In this document: in pieces, positions 36,666-49,768 of the stretch
Position numbering within the stretch: position 1 is the first letter of the stretch
Layout of the letters: every line of letters starts with the position of its first letter
From: Raja brachyura
Taxonomy: Eukaryota
Assembly (NCBI GenBank): GCA_963514005.1
Contig: OY740799.1
Coordinates: 25,978,001-26,042,000 of the forward strand
Direction: 5' to 3'
Length of the DNA stretch: 64,000 nucleotides
Program-made: the position numbers and the translations under genes
The notes under the pieces: model-generated
Told to the model about the DNA's origin: nothing
What the model saw: the letters and a program-made list of their open reading frames with translations, nothing else
Database searches by the model: none

Positions 36666-37774
36666 TTCTTCTCCTTTATGTAAACATCGTCCCGGTCTGA
36701 TTGGAGTTAAACAACTCTGGAAAAGGGTTTGTCCCCGAGTCTCAGAAAGATGGAGTTAATAATCAGTGTTATTAACTTGCTGCTGACTGCATACACAAAG
36801 CTAAACTCATTCCACAGCAAGAACGTTTTGATACCACATGGAGGATTTATTCACAGTGAGATCGAACAAACTCCACCAGAAACAAGCCCTCCCACAAAAG
36901 ACCAACAGTCAATTAAGCCATGCCCCTGATCAACCAGTTGACAAATACCATTCTTGTAGGGCAACATTTAACCTGCAATGTTTTGTATTTTTAAGGTAAT
37001 AAGGTAACGTCAACAAATCTATGACGTTACCTCATTGGCAAATGACAGCGTCTCGTGAGTCAACTCAAGAGTCATGTGTACCAATAACTAAACAATAAAA
37101 TTGTTCCTTGCAGCAACATAACCGGCCTTAAGAGCAATACACATAGGTAATATATAACAAAAACAAAATCAATATAGAGTTATGTTCCAAACAGATCTCT
37201 GTACAGTGTCCTCCACAATGTTTGAGACAAAGACACATCATTTATTTATTTGCCTGACTCCGCAAATTGAGACTTATAATAGAAATAATCACATGTGGTT
37301 AAAGTGCACATTGTCAGATTTTATTAAAGGCCGTTTTTATATATTTTGGTTACACCATGTAGAAATTACAGCTGTAATTATACATAGTCCTCCTATATCA
37401 GGGTACCATAATGTTTGGGACACATGGCTTCATAGGTGTTTGTAATTACTCAGGTGTAATAGCCTCCTTAATGCAGGTATAAGGGAGCTTCAGCACCTAG
37501 TCTTTCCTCCAGTCTTTCCATCACCTTTGAAAACGTTTATTGGTGTTTATCAACACGAGGACCAAAATTATGCCAATGAAAGTCAAAGAAGTCAATATGA
37601 GACTGAGAAACAAGAATAAAACTGTTAAAGACATCAGCCAAACCTTAGGTTTACCAAAATCAACTGTTTGGAACATCCTAAAGAAGAAAGAGAGCACTGG
37701 TGAGGTTACTAATCACAAAGGGACTGGCAGGCCAAGGAAGACCTCCACAGTTGATGACAGAAGAATTATCTTTA

Positions 37775-39054
37775 TCTATATATAATTAAAAGCCTCATCT
37801 TGATCACTTCCTGTCTGCGCTGTATATTGATTTTAGAAAAAAAGCGCTACAATATATTGCTATGATTTTTGGCCATCTTAACAGTCCTCCTCTGCTGAGC
37901 AGGCTCCGAGGATGAAAAATAAAAAGGGTATGAGTGTTTAAAAAACTTTGAGATCCTCCCGCCTGTCAATCACCACGATTAAGGTAATGGCCCCTTCTGG
38001 GGGGGGGGGGGGGGGCCTGGATGCCTGGACATGACTCAGTCACTCTGCAAGATCGCGAGGGAGAGGCCATGTCTCTCATTCTGAGCCGTGAATCAACTGA
38101 ACTGTGAGTCTGCAATGTATTTGCAAAAAATGATTTGTTAGCCCTTAATGAAAATGAAGTGATTTGTTTGGCCTGCCCTGTGCTTGAAACTGCAATGGCA
38201 ATGGAAATGAAATGAAAATGCAATGAGCTGTTTGTCCTGCCGGGAAATTGAAATGAAATTAAATGAGTTATTTGGTTGCCTGAAACCACAAATTTCGGCT
38301 TATAAGACCGCTATTGGAATAGAAACCAGTCCCTTGGCCCAAAATGCCCATATCAGCCCATGAGCAGCATTTTGGCACAAAAGGCCCGTGCCAGGCCAGG
38401 AAAAGTCCAGAAAAATAACCTTTCACTGAGATTTCACTCAGATTTCTTTTTTAAGAGCTTCGGCCCATCAGGCCTGTACTAGCCCAGGAGGATTCCCTTT
38501 AGCCCATCAATAAGTATTCCGCCTGCAAGTATTAAACCTCAGCCCAGTATTTTTCCCCCTCCCTTCATTGGCTCCCTGTGAGATACAGGCCAGGATAGAC
38601 TTTCCTCCTTCATTGCTGTGATCTGCAGAAAAAGATGAAAAATGTCAAAAATGGATTCTCCACCCTCTCCCCCTTCTCTCTCACAGGTCTGTTTTGGGCA
38701 GAATTTCTGGCAGTTTCTGAGCTGCCAGCCCACCAGGCCTGAGTGACTGAGCTGCCAGCCCACCAGGCCCAAGTGACTGAGCTGCCAGCCCACTAGGTCT
38801 GAGTGACTGAGCTGCCAGCCCACCATTCTTGAGTGACTGTGCTGCCAGCCCAATAATCCATTCGGCCCACAATGTCCATACTAGCCCTCTAGAAACCAGT
38901 CCCTTTGGCTCACAACACCCATACTAGCACTCCAGAAAGCCCCCCATCCCCACTCTGGCCACCAATATTGGAATTGGTGGAGAGGTGGAATAATGAGTTG
39001 GGAGACCAGCCCTCCCAGGTGAACATGGGACCCAACGGGTCCCACTTAGTCTAG
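37775..39054 (+). mobile_element. Non-autonomous Helitron (1280 bp)
   Basis: 5' TCTATATATAATTAAAAG, 3' hairpin tgggaccc-aac-gggtccca (39026-39044) then CTAG. Inserted between A and T with no TSD; removal restores the transposase frame RIIFMIKKNPQT. Confidence 0.92.
38717..38851 (+). repeat. 30-bp minisatellite (~4.5 units) inside the Helitron
   Basis: Unit ctgagctgccagcccaccaggcctgagtga repeated head-to-tail. Confidence 0.95.
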
Positions 39055-40499
39055 TGATAAAGAAAAATCCCCAAACACCTATCTGACAGATCAGAAACAC
39101 TGTTCAGCAGTCAGGTGTGGATTTGTCACTGACTACTGTCCACAGAAGACTTCATGAACAAAATACAGAAGCTACACTGCAAGATGCAAACCACTGATTA
39201 GCTGCAAAAATAGGATGGCCAGGTTACAGTTTGCCAAGAAGTACTTATAAGAGCAACTACATTTCTGGAAAAAGGTCTTGTGGACAGATGAGATAATGGT
39301 CAACTTATATCAGAGTGATGGCAAGAGCAAAGTATAGAGGAGAGAAGGAACTGCCCAAGATCCAAAGCATACCACCTCATCTGTGAAACACGGTAGTGGG
39401 GGTGTTATGACCTGGGCATGCATGGCTGCTGAAGGTACTGGCTAACTTATCTCCATTGATGATACAACTACTGATGATAGTAGCATAATGAATTCTGTAG
39501 CATATAGACACATCCTATCTGCACAAGTTCAAACAAATGCCTCACAACTCATTGACTGGTGGATTAATCTACATCAAAACAATGATCCCATACATACTGC
39601 TAAAGCAACAAAGGAGTTTTTCAAAGCTAAAAAATTGTCATTTCTTGAGTGGTTAATTCAATCACCCGATCTGAACCCAATTGAGCCTGCCTTTTATATG
39701 CTGAAGAGAAAACTGAAGGGGACTAGCCCCAAAACAAGCATAAGCTAAAGATGGCTGCAATACAGGCCTTGCAGAGCATCATCAGAGAAGACACCCAACA
39801 ACTGGTGATGTCCATGAATCGCAGACTTCAAGCAGTCATTGCATGCAAAGGATATGCAACACAATACTAAACATGACTACTTTCATTTACATGACATTGC
39901 TGTGTCCCAAACATTATGGTGCCCTGAAATGGGGGGACTATGTATAAAGGCTGTTGTAATTTGTACATGGTGAAACCAAAATGTATAAAAATGGCTTTTA
40001 TTAAAATCTGACAATGTGCACTTTAACCACATGGGATTTTTTCTATTACAAATCTCAAATTGTGGAGTACAGAGGCAGATAAATAAATGATGGGTCTTTG
40101 TCCCAAACATTATGGAGGACACTGACCTCTGTACATTCACTATTTTGTAAAAAACAACAGTCTTTTTGAGAAGTTGCACATAATTGCCTCTCGGAACCTT
40201 TGCTGGGTTAAAGCTGCATACAACAATGGATTGAAGCAGCTATCCTCAATAATCTGGTACGATATTATCATGAAACTGAGCATGCCAGGTGTTTTTGCAC
40301 CTTGGATCACCACGCAATGTCTCTCCAAGCCTGAAGTTACCTGATGCAGAGGTGGTGGACCTGAAACATCTTAGGTTCTGAGTAGAAGCAGGTCCACATT
40401 GTCACACTGAGGAAGTTTACCAGGTTAGACCTGTCGCAGGATCCGTGTGTCCATTGATCTCAACAAGATTTGTAAGGCTGCAGTTGCAAGGCAAGGTCA

Positions 40500-41100
40500 T
40501 AGATAAATGTATTCATGGAGCTATGTAGCACAGGATCAGGCCCATCACATGTTCCTGCATTTGGCCCATATGTCCTTAACCCGTCCCATGGTAGGGTAGC
40601 ATGCCAAACACCATCTTTACCATGTTGTCCACCTGACTCGCTACGTTCAGGGAACCATTCGCCCATATTCCAATATATCATTCGCCCATATTCCAAGATT
40701 TAATGTATATGTCCTGCTCTGGTTTGACATACCAAAGTGCAATGTTTTACACTTGTCAGAGTTAAATTCTATTTGTCATTCCTTGGGCCACCTTCCTAAT
40801 TGATTTAGATCTTATTGTAAGCTTAGATATATTTCCTCACTGTCACTATACCACCAATTTTGGTGTCACCTACAGATTTACAAACAATATTAACTGCATT
40901 TTCATCCAAATAGTTAATATACATAAAGTCCAGCACTAAACCCTGTGGCACTCCGCTGGTCATAGGCCTCCAATCAGCAAAACAATCCTCCATAACTACC
41001 ATTAGACTCCTTCTTTCAAGCCAATTTTGAATCCAATTGGCTATGCACCTCGGATTCAATGTGATCTATCTTTCCAGACTACCATGCAGGATCTTGTCAG
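40500..41100 (-). mobile_element. CR1 RT and 3' remnants
   Basis: Minus ORF IANWIQNWL..DWRPMTSGVPQGLVL..DTKIGG. Confidence 0.78.
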
Positions 41101-41952
41101 GGGACTTCAGGAGTCGCAGGGGAAACATTTAGTTCCTTTCCTTTAATATTTCAGTTTAACTGAGTGTGTTTGTGTTTATATTGTTTCCATTATTTTTATT
41201 GTAAATCATTAGTCTCAATTTAAAATGTTAAGAGGTTCTTAAAGGGTCCCACAGCTTTGACAGCTGGAATAGCTGGGACATTGGTGATTTGCTGGCTATT
41301 ACTTTCAGAGGATACTTCGCTGCTGGAAGAACTTCCTCTGACCATGTCACTGGAATCTGGGATGGTTCAGACCATCCACATTCACACAAGTTGAGGTGTG
41401 GGTAGGCTGTGGATTGTGATCCAAGTCACATGCACTAACACACACATGACAATTGGAGTAGGAGTAGGCACTCATCCCGTCTGGCCTGCCCTGTTATTCA
41501 ATATGATCATGATTGATCTGTCCCCAGCCTCATCTCATCTTGTCTTCTTTGTCAGACCAACAATTTGGCAACATTTCAGAACCCTTGCTTCCTCTTCAAG
41601 TGCTTTGCTTCAAGCAGCTTCCACAACCCTCTGGGGTAGAATATTGCAGAAATTCATCGCCCTGTGAGAAGAATGTATATTGTGCAAAGCCCCAAGCCTA
41701 ACCACTAAGCTTTTGTCGTAAATAACTTAAAATGATCACTTATGTAATAATATCGCGCTGGATTATTCCGGACATGTTTCAGTTCCTTTTGGCTCTACAA
41801 GAGCAAAATTCTTGTCAAAAGGTGTCCGATGGGATGTGGAACCAATAGGCACTAAGCCTTAATATTCTTCAACATTAGTTCTTTGCAAAAACGAAGCTTC
41901 AGTCAGAGCCTTCTATGAACAACAAATAATATTCAATTGCAAGGACTGCGAA

Positions 41953-42252
41953 GGGGGGCACGGTTGCATAGTGTTAGAGTTGCTGTCTTACAGCACCAGA
42001 GACCCGGGATTGATCCTGACTACGGGTGCTGTCTGTACGGAGTTTGTACGTTCTCCCCGTAACCTGCATGGGTTTACTCGGAGATCTTCGGTTTCTTCCC
42101 ACGCTCCAAAGACGTACAGGTTTGTAGGTTACTTGGCTTGGTATAACTGTAAAAATTGCCTCTAGTGTAGGGTAGTGTTAATGTGCGGGGATTGCCGGTG
42201 TTGTGGACTCAGTGGCCAAAGGGCCTATTTCCATGCTGTATCTAAACTAAAA
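41953..42252 (+). mobile_element. tRNA-derived SINE (HE1-like)
   Basis: Same head, body and tail as 29306. Confidence 0.88.
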
Positions 42253-42814
42253 CAAACATCATGACACATGCAAAGATTCAGTAATTAATATAGTTCATGG
42301 ATCCTGTTGCTATAATGTACTGGGATGAGCAGGTGTGCTGCTTTCCTTTCCAATGGTTTAATAGCTTTGTTCATATCTTGTTAAGTTTATACAATGTTAT
42401 TGTGCTAACAGCATGCCATCAGCAGTCTGCAGACGCATTGTATTATTAACTAACAAGGCAAGAAGGGTTGCAGCATATTATCCGATTACTTACAAAATTG
42501 CACATGTGATTAGTTTGATGCATTCAACACATTTTAACAATTAGACACGGGTCATTTGCTGCCCATAATCAATTCATGCAAAAAAATTGTTTCTTGTAAC
42601 TTGTAAATAAATTGTCTGACAAAATAACCATGAATGAATCGCATAGAACTATTACAAGGTAATGACTTTCATCTAAATGCCAAAGCAGAATAATGAATCA
42701 GCATAGAGCTGATTTTTTTGACCTTCAACTCTTCCAACTCACCTCTCCTTAAGGATAACAGGTTAAGAAAAGGAAATAGAACATGGAAACAAGTTTTTTA
42801 AACCCACTAAGTCC

Positions 42815-43300
42815 ACATAGAACACAGTACAGTACAGCACAGGAACACTTCGGCCCACAATGTCCATGCAGAACATTTAAACTAATCTCATGCACTGGTA
42901 CATCACCATATCGCTCCACATCCTCCATATCCATGAACCTTTCTAAATGCCTATTAAATGACCCAAATGTATCTGCCTCCACCACATTCCCAGAAATACA
43001 TTCCAGGCATCTACCATTCTCCATGTAAAAAAACTTGCCACACACATCTCCTTTAAACTTTGCCTCTTTCACCATAAAGCTCTACACACCTTACACTTCC
43101 ACCCTGGGGAAAAAGGTTTGGCTGTCTCCCCTATCAATGCCTCTCATAATTTTATATACTTCTATCAGGTCTTCCATCAACTACTGATGCTCCAGAGAAA
43201 ACAATCCAAGTGTATCCAACCTCTCCTTACAGCTAACACGCCCAACCCAGGCGGATTCTGGTAAACCTCTTCTTCATTGTCTCCACATCCTCCCTGTGAT
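42815..43300 (-). mobile_element. CR1 3' fragment
   Basis: catagaacacagtacag tail; VKEAKFKGDV..FNRHLE; cctctcataattttatatacttc. Confidence 0.78.
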
Positions 43301-44367
43301 TGAGAACACTGACCACCGACACTAATCTAATTTATTTCTCCTCATATTCCCATCATCGCGCTCAGACTCTATCACTCATCTGCATGAAGGGCAATTTACA
43401 TTGGCCATTTTATCTACCACCCCGCACATTTTTGGGAACAATTTAGAAAACTCAGAGGAAACACAATGGTCACAAGGGAAACTGTACGCAAACTGTACCC
43501 GAGGTCAGGATGGCACCTGGGTCTCTAGACCTGTGTGACTGTGCATACCTATGGGAACCTGTAAATAGCAACCACTTATGCTACTGGCATTTGAACTTCT
43601 GGTGCACTAATGTTATCCCACTTGCCAGAGGACGTTATTTCTCCCTATTTGCACCATCATAATCACATATTGAATGCCTCCATTACATCCCCCCCTTAAA
43701 TACAGTACCTCTGCTAAACAATCTGGGGACACATAGAAACATAGAAATTAGGTGCAGGAGTAGGCCATTCAGCCGTTCGAGCCTGCACCGTCATTCAATA
43801 TGATCATGGCTGATCAGAGGACACACAAGATATCTCCTTCTCAGCCACCACAATGCAATCCTTATTCCTTGCAATATCTAAACTCTTTCAAGTAGTTGCT
43901 TCTGTTGGGTAATTTCACAGCTTGCCATGTCTGTAAATGCACTTCAGAAACATTAACTCTGCAAAGCATCAATTGTTCAATGATCCAATGAATCAATGAT
44001 ACTTTGTTGTCGCATGTACCCACGTACAGTGTTTTTGCACACAATCCGGTATAATCATACAGCAGATCTCACCTTGGCAGTACACAAAGATTTGCCACTT
44101 TTTGACGGCGACAAAGTTACAAAAAGTTCACTGAACAGTCTATATTTCCTCGCAATGGTGAACCAGGCCTGCCGTCGCATGAGGCATCAAGCTCCCCCCC
44201 CCCCCGCCACCCACCCCTGCTGGTCCCCCTTCGTTCTCGGCAGCGCATTGTTTTCTCAAGTTGCTTTCTAAGGCAAAACACATAAACTGCTAGAGGAACA
44301 CAAAGCGTCAGGCTGCATCTGTGGTGGGAATGGACAGACGACATTTCGGGTCAGAACCATTCCTCCT

Positions 44368-44755
44368 CAGCCTGCATTCCTGGTTTCACAAATCATTCAA
44401 TTTTTGATGAGTAATTCTTTGAAACCCGCAAAGCTGTAATTTTCTGCTAACAATGTTAGGTCCATAGAGAACGGATCAGATTATTCTGTCTGTTCTTGGT
44501 TCAAATAAAGAACAAGTAATGATCAACTGTTTCATTCCTGGAAAGGTTCCATTGTGCTTGAGATGCATCTAATGAATTCTCCACAATCAGATTTGATGGT
44601 TTTGTGGTTTGCATTATTTCACTCGCCTTGCGAACAGTCAGATACAATAAAATCCCAACTTTTGTCCTTTCTGCAATTATCGCTCCACTATCTCCATTGT
44701 TTGGATGGTTACTGGCCTTGATATCCAGCAGCTTAGGAGGTTTTATTTGTTCCAT
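44368..44755 (-). pseudogene. Ancient Ty3/Gypsy gag N-terminal remnant
   Basis: MEQIKPP..L, KVGILLYL, NLSRNETVDHYLFF, then after a frameshift NQEQ..SDPF..DL.LLAENYSF..FKELLIKN*MIC. This follows the order of animal Gypsy gag motifs (KVAILL, PRKNETVERYxFF, RxQ, LIRDRIVCG). Confidence 0.6.
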
Positions 44756-45776
44756 TGTATACTTTTTCTATTGAACCACACACTCACTGCACCCTGGCAC
44801 ATTTCCACGTGCTATCCATAATTGGCAGAATCACTAACCGTTGTTCAATATTCCAATTCAAGAATGGAGTCTCTATTTCATAATTTCACCAATCAGCACC
44901 TGTGTACCATGGCTCAGTATTTGTTTCCCATTCATTCACTGAGATACTATAGGATACCCACTAATTAAGAATAACAAACAAGGATATTTTATTATAAAAT
45001 AATTTACATTGTGCAAAGGAACATTTTTTAATGGTGGCTTCCAAGTTGTTGCATGTTTGTCCTTGAGAAGTGTTACCTTCTTTAATTCCTGTGTTAAATG
45101 TGTACCTTGAGCACTGTTACTTAGGGCGTAAAGAGATTTTGACCTGGTGTTGATTGGTAGACTAGTATATTCTTTCCAAGCCTAAATAATATGTGGCATG
45201 CATTAAATAAATCAGGCTACAGCATTACCATATGTCCGCTTCTTTTGAACTTTTAGATGAAATAAATAAAGGGCTTGAGGGAGCTTTCAAAAAAGCCTTG
45301 GCTGTTTATTACAGTGCAGTCTGTAGATAATACACACTGGACACACGGTGGAGGGAATGAACACTTAGCATGCCAAATAAAATGGGGTGCATTGTTCTAG
45401 TTGGAGAGGCATGCACCCATGAGTTGACTCCTGGTCTGCAGATGGTAGAAAGTCATTTTGGAAGTAGAATCATTCAATATACAGATCTCCAATTTGCTCT
45501 TGTAATCTTGCATATGACTGCTCCAAGTAAGTTTATAGGCAATACAATTTGATGGTTGATGGATTTCAGCAACAGTAAAGCAGCTGAATGTCAAAAAGGC
45601 ATGGTTATACTCTTGCTGGAAAGAGATTTTTGCTTGGCATTTATTCGGCATGACTATTATGAGCTCAACCTTGAAGGTTGACCAAGTCTTGCTGTTTATA
45701 TACTTTGGGTAGTGTTCTGGGGAGTTTCAAATTGAACGGAAGTCTGTATAATTAGCAGCAAAATCCAAGGTGGTGG

Positions 45777-45781
45777 TGTGT

Positions 45782-45836
<55 letters not shown>

Positions 45837-45844
45837 CGCGCGTG
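45777..45844. repeat. Alternating purine-pyrimidine (TG/CG)n microsatellite
   Basis: tgtgtgcgtgtgcgtgtgcgcgtg...tgtgcgcgcgtg, ~68 bp of uninterrupted RY alternation. Confidence 0.95.
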
Positions 45845-46846
45845 CAGGAGGAAGGAGGAAGGAGGAAGGGATGCTAGCAACTTCCTTCTTTTTCTTTTTA
45901 AACGTGTTAAGAACCGTTCAACGGGGAAGAGGTAGAGAAGCAGAAAGGTTTGGAAGTGAAGGAACAGATTGTGGTGTAATGGACAGAGCAGCCACAAATG
46001 ATGGATCAATGCATTTCCAGTAATGAAGACTTTTAAAGGAAGTGGATTATTATCGGGACATGAGGACTCTAAGCCGACACTGATTGTATCAGGCACTGTA
46101 TCAAGATCTGAGACATAATGCAGGAACGCAGAACATGCTGGAGCAGCACTGTATGATTTTGTTTATATCCAACATGTCCTCACAGAATGTTAGACACTGT
46201 CCTTCTGGTTGTGGAATTTCTGGACTTTTCAACGATGAAACTCAGAATAATGAATATTCTTCTTGTTTTGCCTCGATTGTGTTAGTGGGTAGCACAGTAA
46301 CAGGGAACTCTGCTATCAAATCGGATCCCGAATTCACCCACTATGAAACCAAGCTCATTGATTTAGCAATAGCTGATCATTTTGCATTTTCATCTAAGCT
46401 AATCCATTTTACTTCACAGCAGTAGGTTTAATCTCAATAGAGATATCAATCCTTAAAGAATGAAAAAATGAACTTGCTCTAGATTGAAATTTTCCTCCTC
46501 CACCTCCAGCATTCTAGGCTTGGTTATAGTTCTGCTGCATTTAATCAATCACTCTGAATATCCTGGTCAATAGCCATTTTTGTGCATTGAGCATATAATC
46601 AGGTGCTTTTCAATGGCTCCTAAAGGCATTAGAGAATCGTTAATGGATACAGCTTCTTCTGATTTCTCTATTTGATTTTGTAGTGTCTCACTTACTTCCT
46701 CTACTTGCTCATCTGCACTAATGGAAATGTTCTCCTTATGAATTTACCATCAAAACCTTATTTTTAATTTATTTTTAATTCTCTTTAATTTCACTCAGAG
46801 TTTTCTTTTCAATATGGAAGAGATTCTGCATGATTTTACTTTCCGT

Positions 46847-47174
46847 TGAGTTTAGTTTATAGATGTAGCATGGAAACAGGCCATTTGGCTCACTGAGTTC
46901 ATTCTGACTATGGATTAGTTCATTCATTCACACTAGTTCCAACTTATCCCATTTTCCCACTCCATAGACACTAGGGGCAAATTACAGAGGCCAATTGACC
47001 TACAAACTTGCACATCATTGCGATGAGTGAGAAAACCCCCACTTGGAAAAAAAAACCCCACAGTGACAGGGAGAACATACAAACTCCGCACAGACAGCCC
47101 TTGAGGTCAGGATCTGGCCCAGGTCTATGGCATTGTGAGGCAGCAGCTACACCAGCTGTGCCACAGTGCCGCCC
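46847..47174 (-). mobile_element. tRNA-derived SINE, older copy
   Basis: (gttta)n tail and reverse SINE head gggcggcactgtggcacagctggt. Confidence 0.75.
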
Positions 47175-47579
47175 ACACCAGGTAGGTGTAACTTCACACT
47201 TTTGGTGTAAAATGTTGTACAAGGATTCTATCAGATCCCGTGCTTTAATAACATTTTTACCAAACAGCAATTAGAACTGTGCATTGTATTTCAAGTGTGA
47301 CCTAACCAATTTTGATACAAGCCAAGCATTAATCCTCTACTCAGCAATTCTTCCTCCTTTTATGGCAATAAACTGTAGTGCTTGGTTTAATTTTTCAGTA
47401 GTCTTATTACTCTGTTGTCAATGATTGCGATTTCTGAATTTGTATTTCCAGATCCCCGTCTTCTTCAAAATGACTTTGATCATTATTTCAGCAGGTGGAT
47501 GGTTGTAGCCTACAGCTCGATGCTGAGTTCAAGCAACACTTGAGCATCAGCCCTGAAGGCATCCATTTTAACAACACAG

Positions 47580-47755
47580 AGTTAGATATATTGTGTTAAT
47601 CTAAGAGAGTTAGAGAGAGCTCTTAGGGCTAGTGGAATCAAGGGGTATGGGGAGAAGGCAGGAACGGGGTACTGATTGTGGTTCATCAGCCATGATCACA
47701 TTGAACGGCTGTGCTGGCTTGAAGGGCCTACTTCTGCACATATTGTCTATGTATC
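47580..47755 (+). mobile_element. Young CR1 extreme 3' fragment
   Basis: gagagttagagagagctcttagggctagtggaatcaagggg...tctatgtatct. Confidence 0.8.
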
Positions 47756-48199
47756 TAATGTTCAAGACTTTTGGCACCATCGATGACAAAGCAGCCCGCT
47801 GGATTAGTATCCCATCCAACAGATGGAGCATTCACTCCTTCAGTCAATGGCATATCTTGTTATACTGCACGCCTTCATAATGAAGCTGGCATGGACTGAC
47901 AGCGGCTCTCAAGCCAACAACCTGCACTGACTAGATGGAGAAAGGAGGCGGAGGTCGGGGAACCCCACCACCCTCAAGCTCCCTCTCTCTGAGTTACAGG
48001 GCAGTCTGAATTGGAAATATATCGCTGTTCCTTCATTGACATGAGGTCTAAATCATGAAATTAGCCACCCAAAAGCATTGTGGTGTACCTGAGGAAGGAC
48101 TGCAATGGTTCACGAAGGGACCCCACCATGATCTTTTCAGGGGCAGTTTGAGATGCTCAAGAAAAGCAAAGCAAGTGAACAAAACAAAACTCCTGGCAA

Positions 48200-48480
48200 A
48201 GTGGAAACAGGCCCTTTGGACCACCGAGTTCGCACCAACCAGCGATCATTGCACATTAACACCACACTACACACACTAGGGATAATTTTACATTTACACA
48301 AAGTCAATTAGCCTACAAACCTGTACGTCTTTGGAATGTGGGAGGAAACTGAAGTTCTCCGAAAAAACCCACGCAGGTCATGGGGAGAACATACAAATTC
48401 CGTACAGACAGCATCCGTAGTCAGATTCAAACCCGGGTCTCTGGCGCTGTAAGGCAGTAGCTCTACCACTACGCCCATGT
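48200..48480 (-). mobile_element. tRNA-derived SINE (HE1-like)
   Basis: Reverse complement of the SINE consensus. Confidence 0.87.
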
Positions 48481-49768
48481 GCCATCCATAGGTAGCCCAT
48501 ATCCCATGTCAAGGCACAAAACCGAAGGCTAAAACCAGACCAGATATTTCTTACTATTCCAGCACCCAAGTGGTGTCATGGCAAAGTCCGATTGTGGTTT
48601 CACTTGATGTTGAGGTAAACTGGAACCTGGAACTTCTTGTGGCTCAGGACAGACTTGGAGCAAACCTGAATTATTAATGCTACTCTGCATCTTTGCTAAT
48701 AGGTATTTGCTTCTGAACGGTTCAATTCTGTTATCTTAAATTTAACATCATTTTGATTTAAGTATTATCGCTTTTGTTTTGCAGATACAAAAGTTGCCAC
48801 CATAATGTTCTACGAATGCCTACATATTCGGAGGACCATTCATTTAAAAACCTATTTATTGTGATGCCAGAAATAATTTGCAAGCCAGTTCTGTTGTCAC
48901 TTGCTCAAGCACACAAGAACTGATGTTTGTCCCAAGCAGACAATTTCATTACATAGAGCAAATGTTTTTGGTAGCAGCTTTGACAGAATGTGTAGCCTTC
49001 AGCAGTAGGTTTCTCATTCTGTTCTAAACACAAGAATTTCATGAGCGTAGATAGTAAATGGGCTCAGCTTCACTTGATCAATTAGGCTTAGTGTGTATTT
49101 TTGGCTTTTGAGGATAATGGTATTTAGAAAAAATACAATCTATTTTGATCTCTTTATCGATGGTGGGGCATAGTTCAAGTGGAGGGAATTCAGAGAATGT
49201 TCATTAAGTTGATTCCAGGAATGCAGTGAATGCATTATGAACAAAGGTTGAGCAGCTTGGATATATAATTATTTGAGTTCAGGAGGCAAGGTAATGTTAC
49301 TGATGCAGCATAGAAAGCATCTTATCCGGATATATCACAGCTTGGAATAGCAACTGCTCTGTTAAAAACTGCAAAACATTGCTGAGAGTTGTGAACGAAG
49401 CCAGGTCCATCACACAAACCAGCCTCCCCCCCCAAACACATCGCTCATCGATTCCATCTACACTTCACGCTGTCTTGGTCTACACTTCACATCCGGTGGT
49501 CATTCCTTTCCTCTTCCCCCAAGTTATTGCCCCCTTAAAATAGAAATAATGAGAAATGTCAACTCCCAAGGCTGTGAACGTTTGGAATTCCCCACCACAA
49601 AAGTTACTGAGGTTGAGCCATTGAATATAATCAAAGGTAGGAGAGCTAGAGTTTTGGACTATAGGTCAGTCAAGGTTATAATAAACAGGAGAGCGGACAC
49701 AGGGCAAAGATCAGATCAATGGCGTCACTTAAAGCTGGACTAGCTTTACATAAGCTGAAGAATCTTAT

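Larger units (their letters stand above)
37570..39870 (+). pseudogene. Tc1 DDE transposase pseudogene, split by a Helitron
   Basis: HTH ISQTLGLPKSTVWNIL, GRPRKTS, WTDE, HGSGGVMTWACM, QNNDPIHT, SPDLNPIE, GYATQY*; contains frameshifts/stops. Confidence 0.92.
37204..40124 (+). mobile_element. Tc1-family DNA transposon (IR/DR type), inactive
   Basis: ~220-bp TIRs cagtgtcctccacaatgtttg... / ...caaacattatggaggacactg with inner direct repeats ccataatgtttgggacac; TA on the left. Confidence 0.95.

Noticed and set aside
38717-38851. Regular 30-bp periodicity resembling a CRISPR array
   Set aside because: Units are contiguous and near-identical with no unique spacers, there are no cas genes, and the context is vertebrate. 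It is a minisatellite.
40656-40697. 18-bp direct repeat cattcgcccatattccaa (and the 15-bp tandem near 32333-32361)
   Set aside because: Small local duplications within decayed CR1 sequence; no functional indication.
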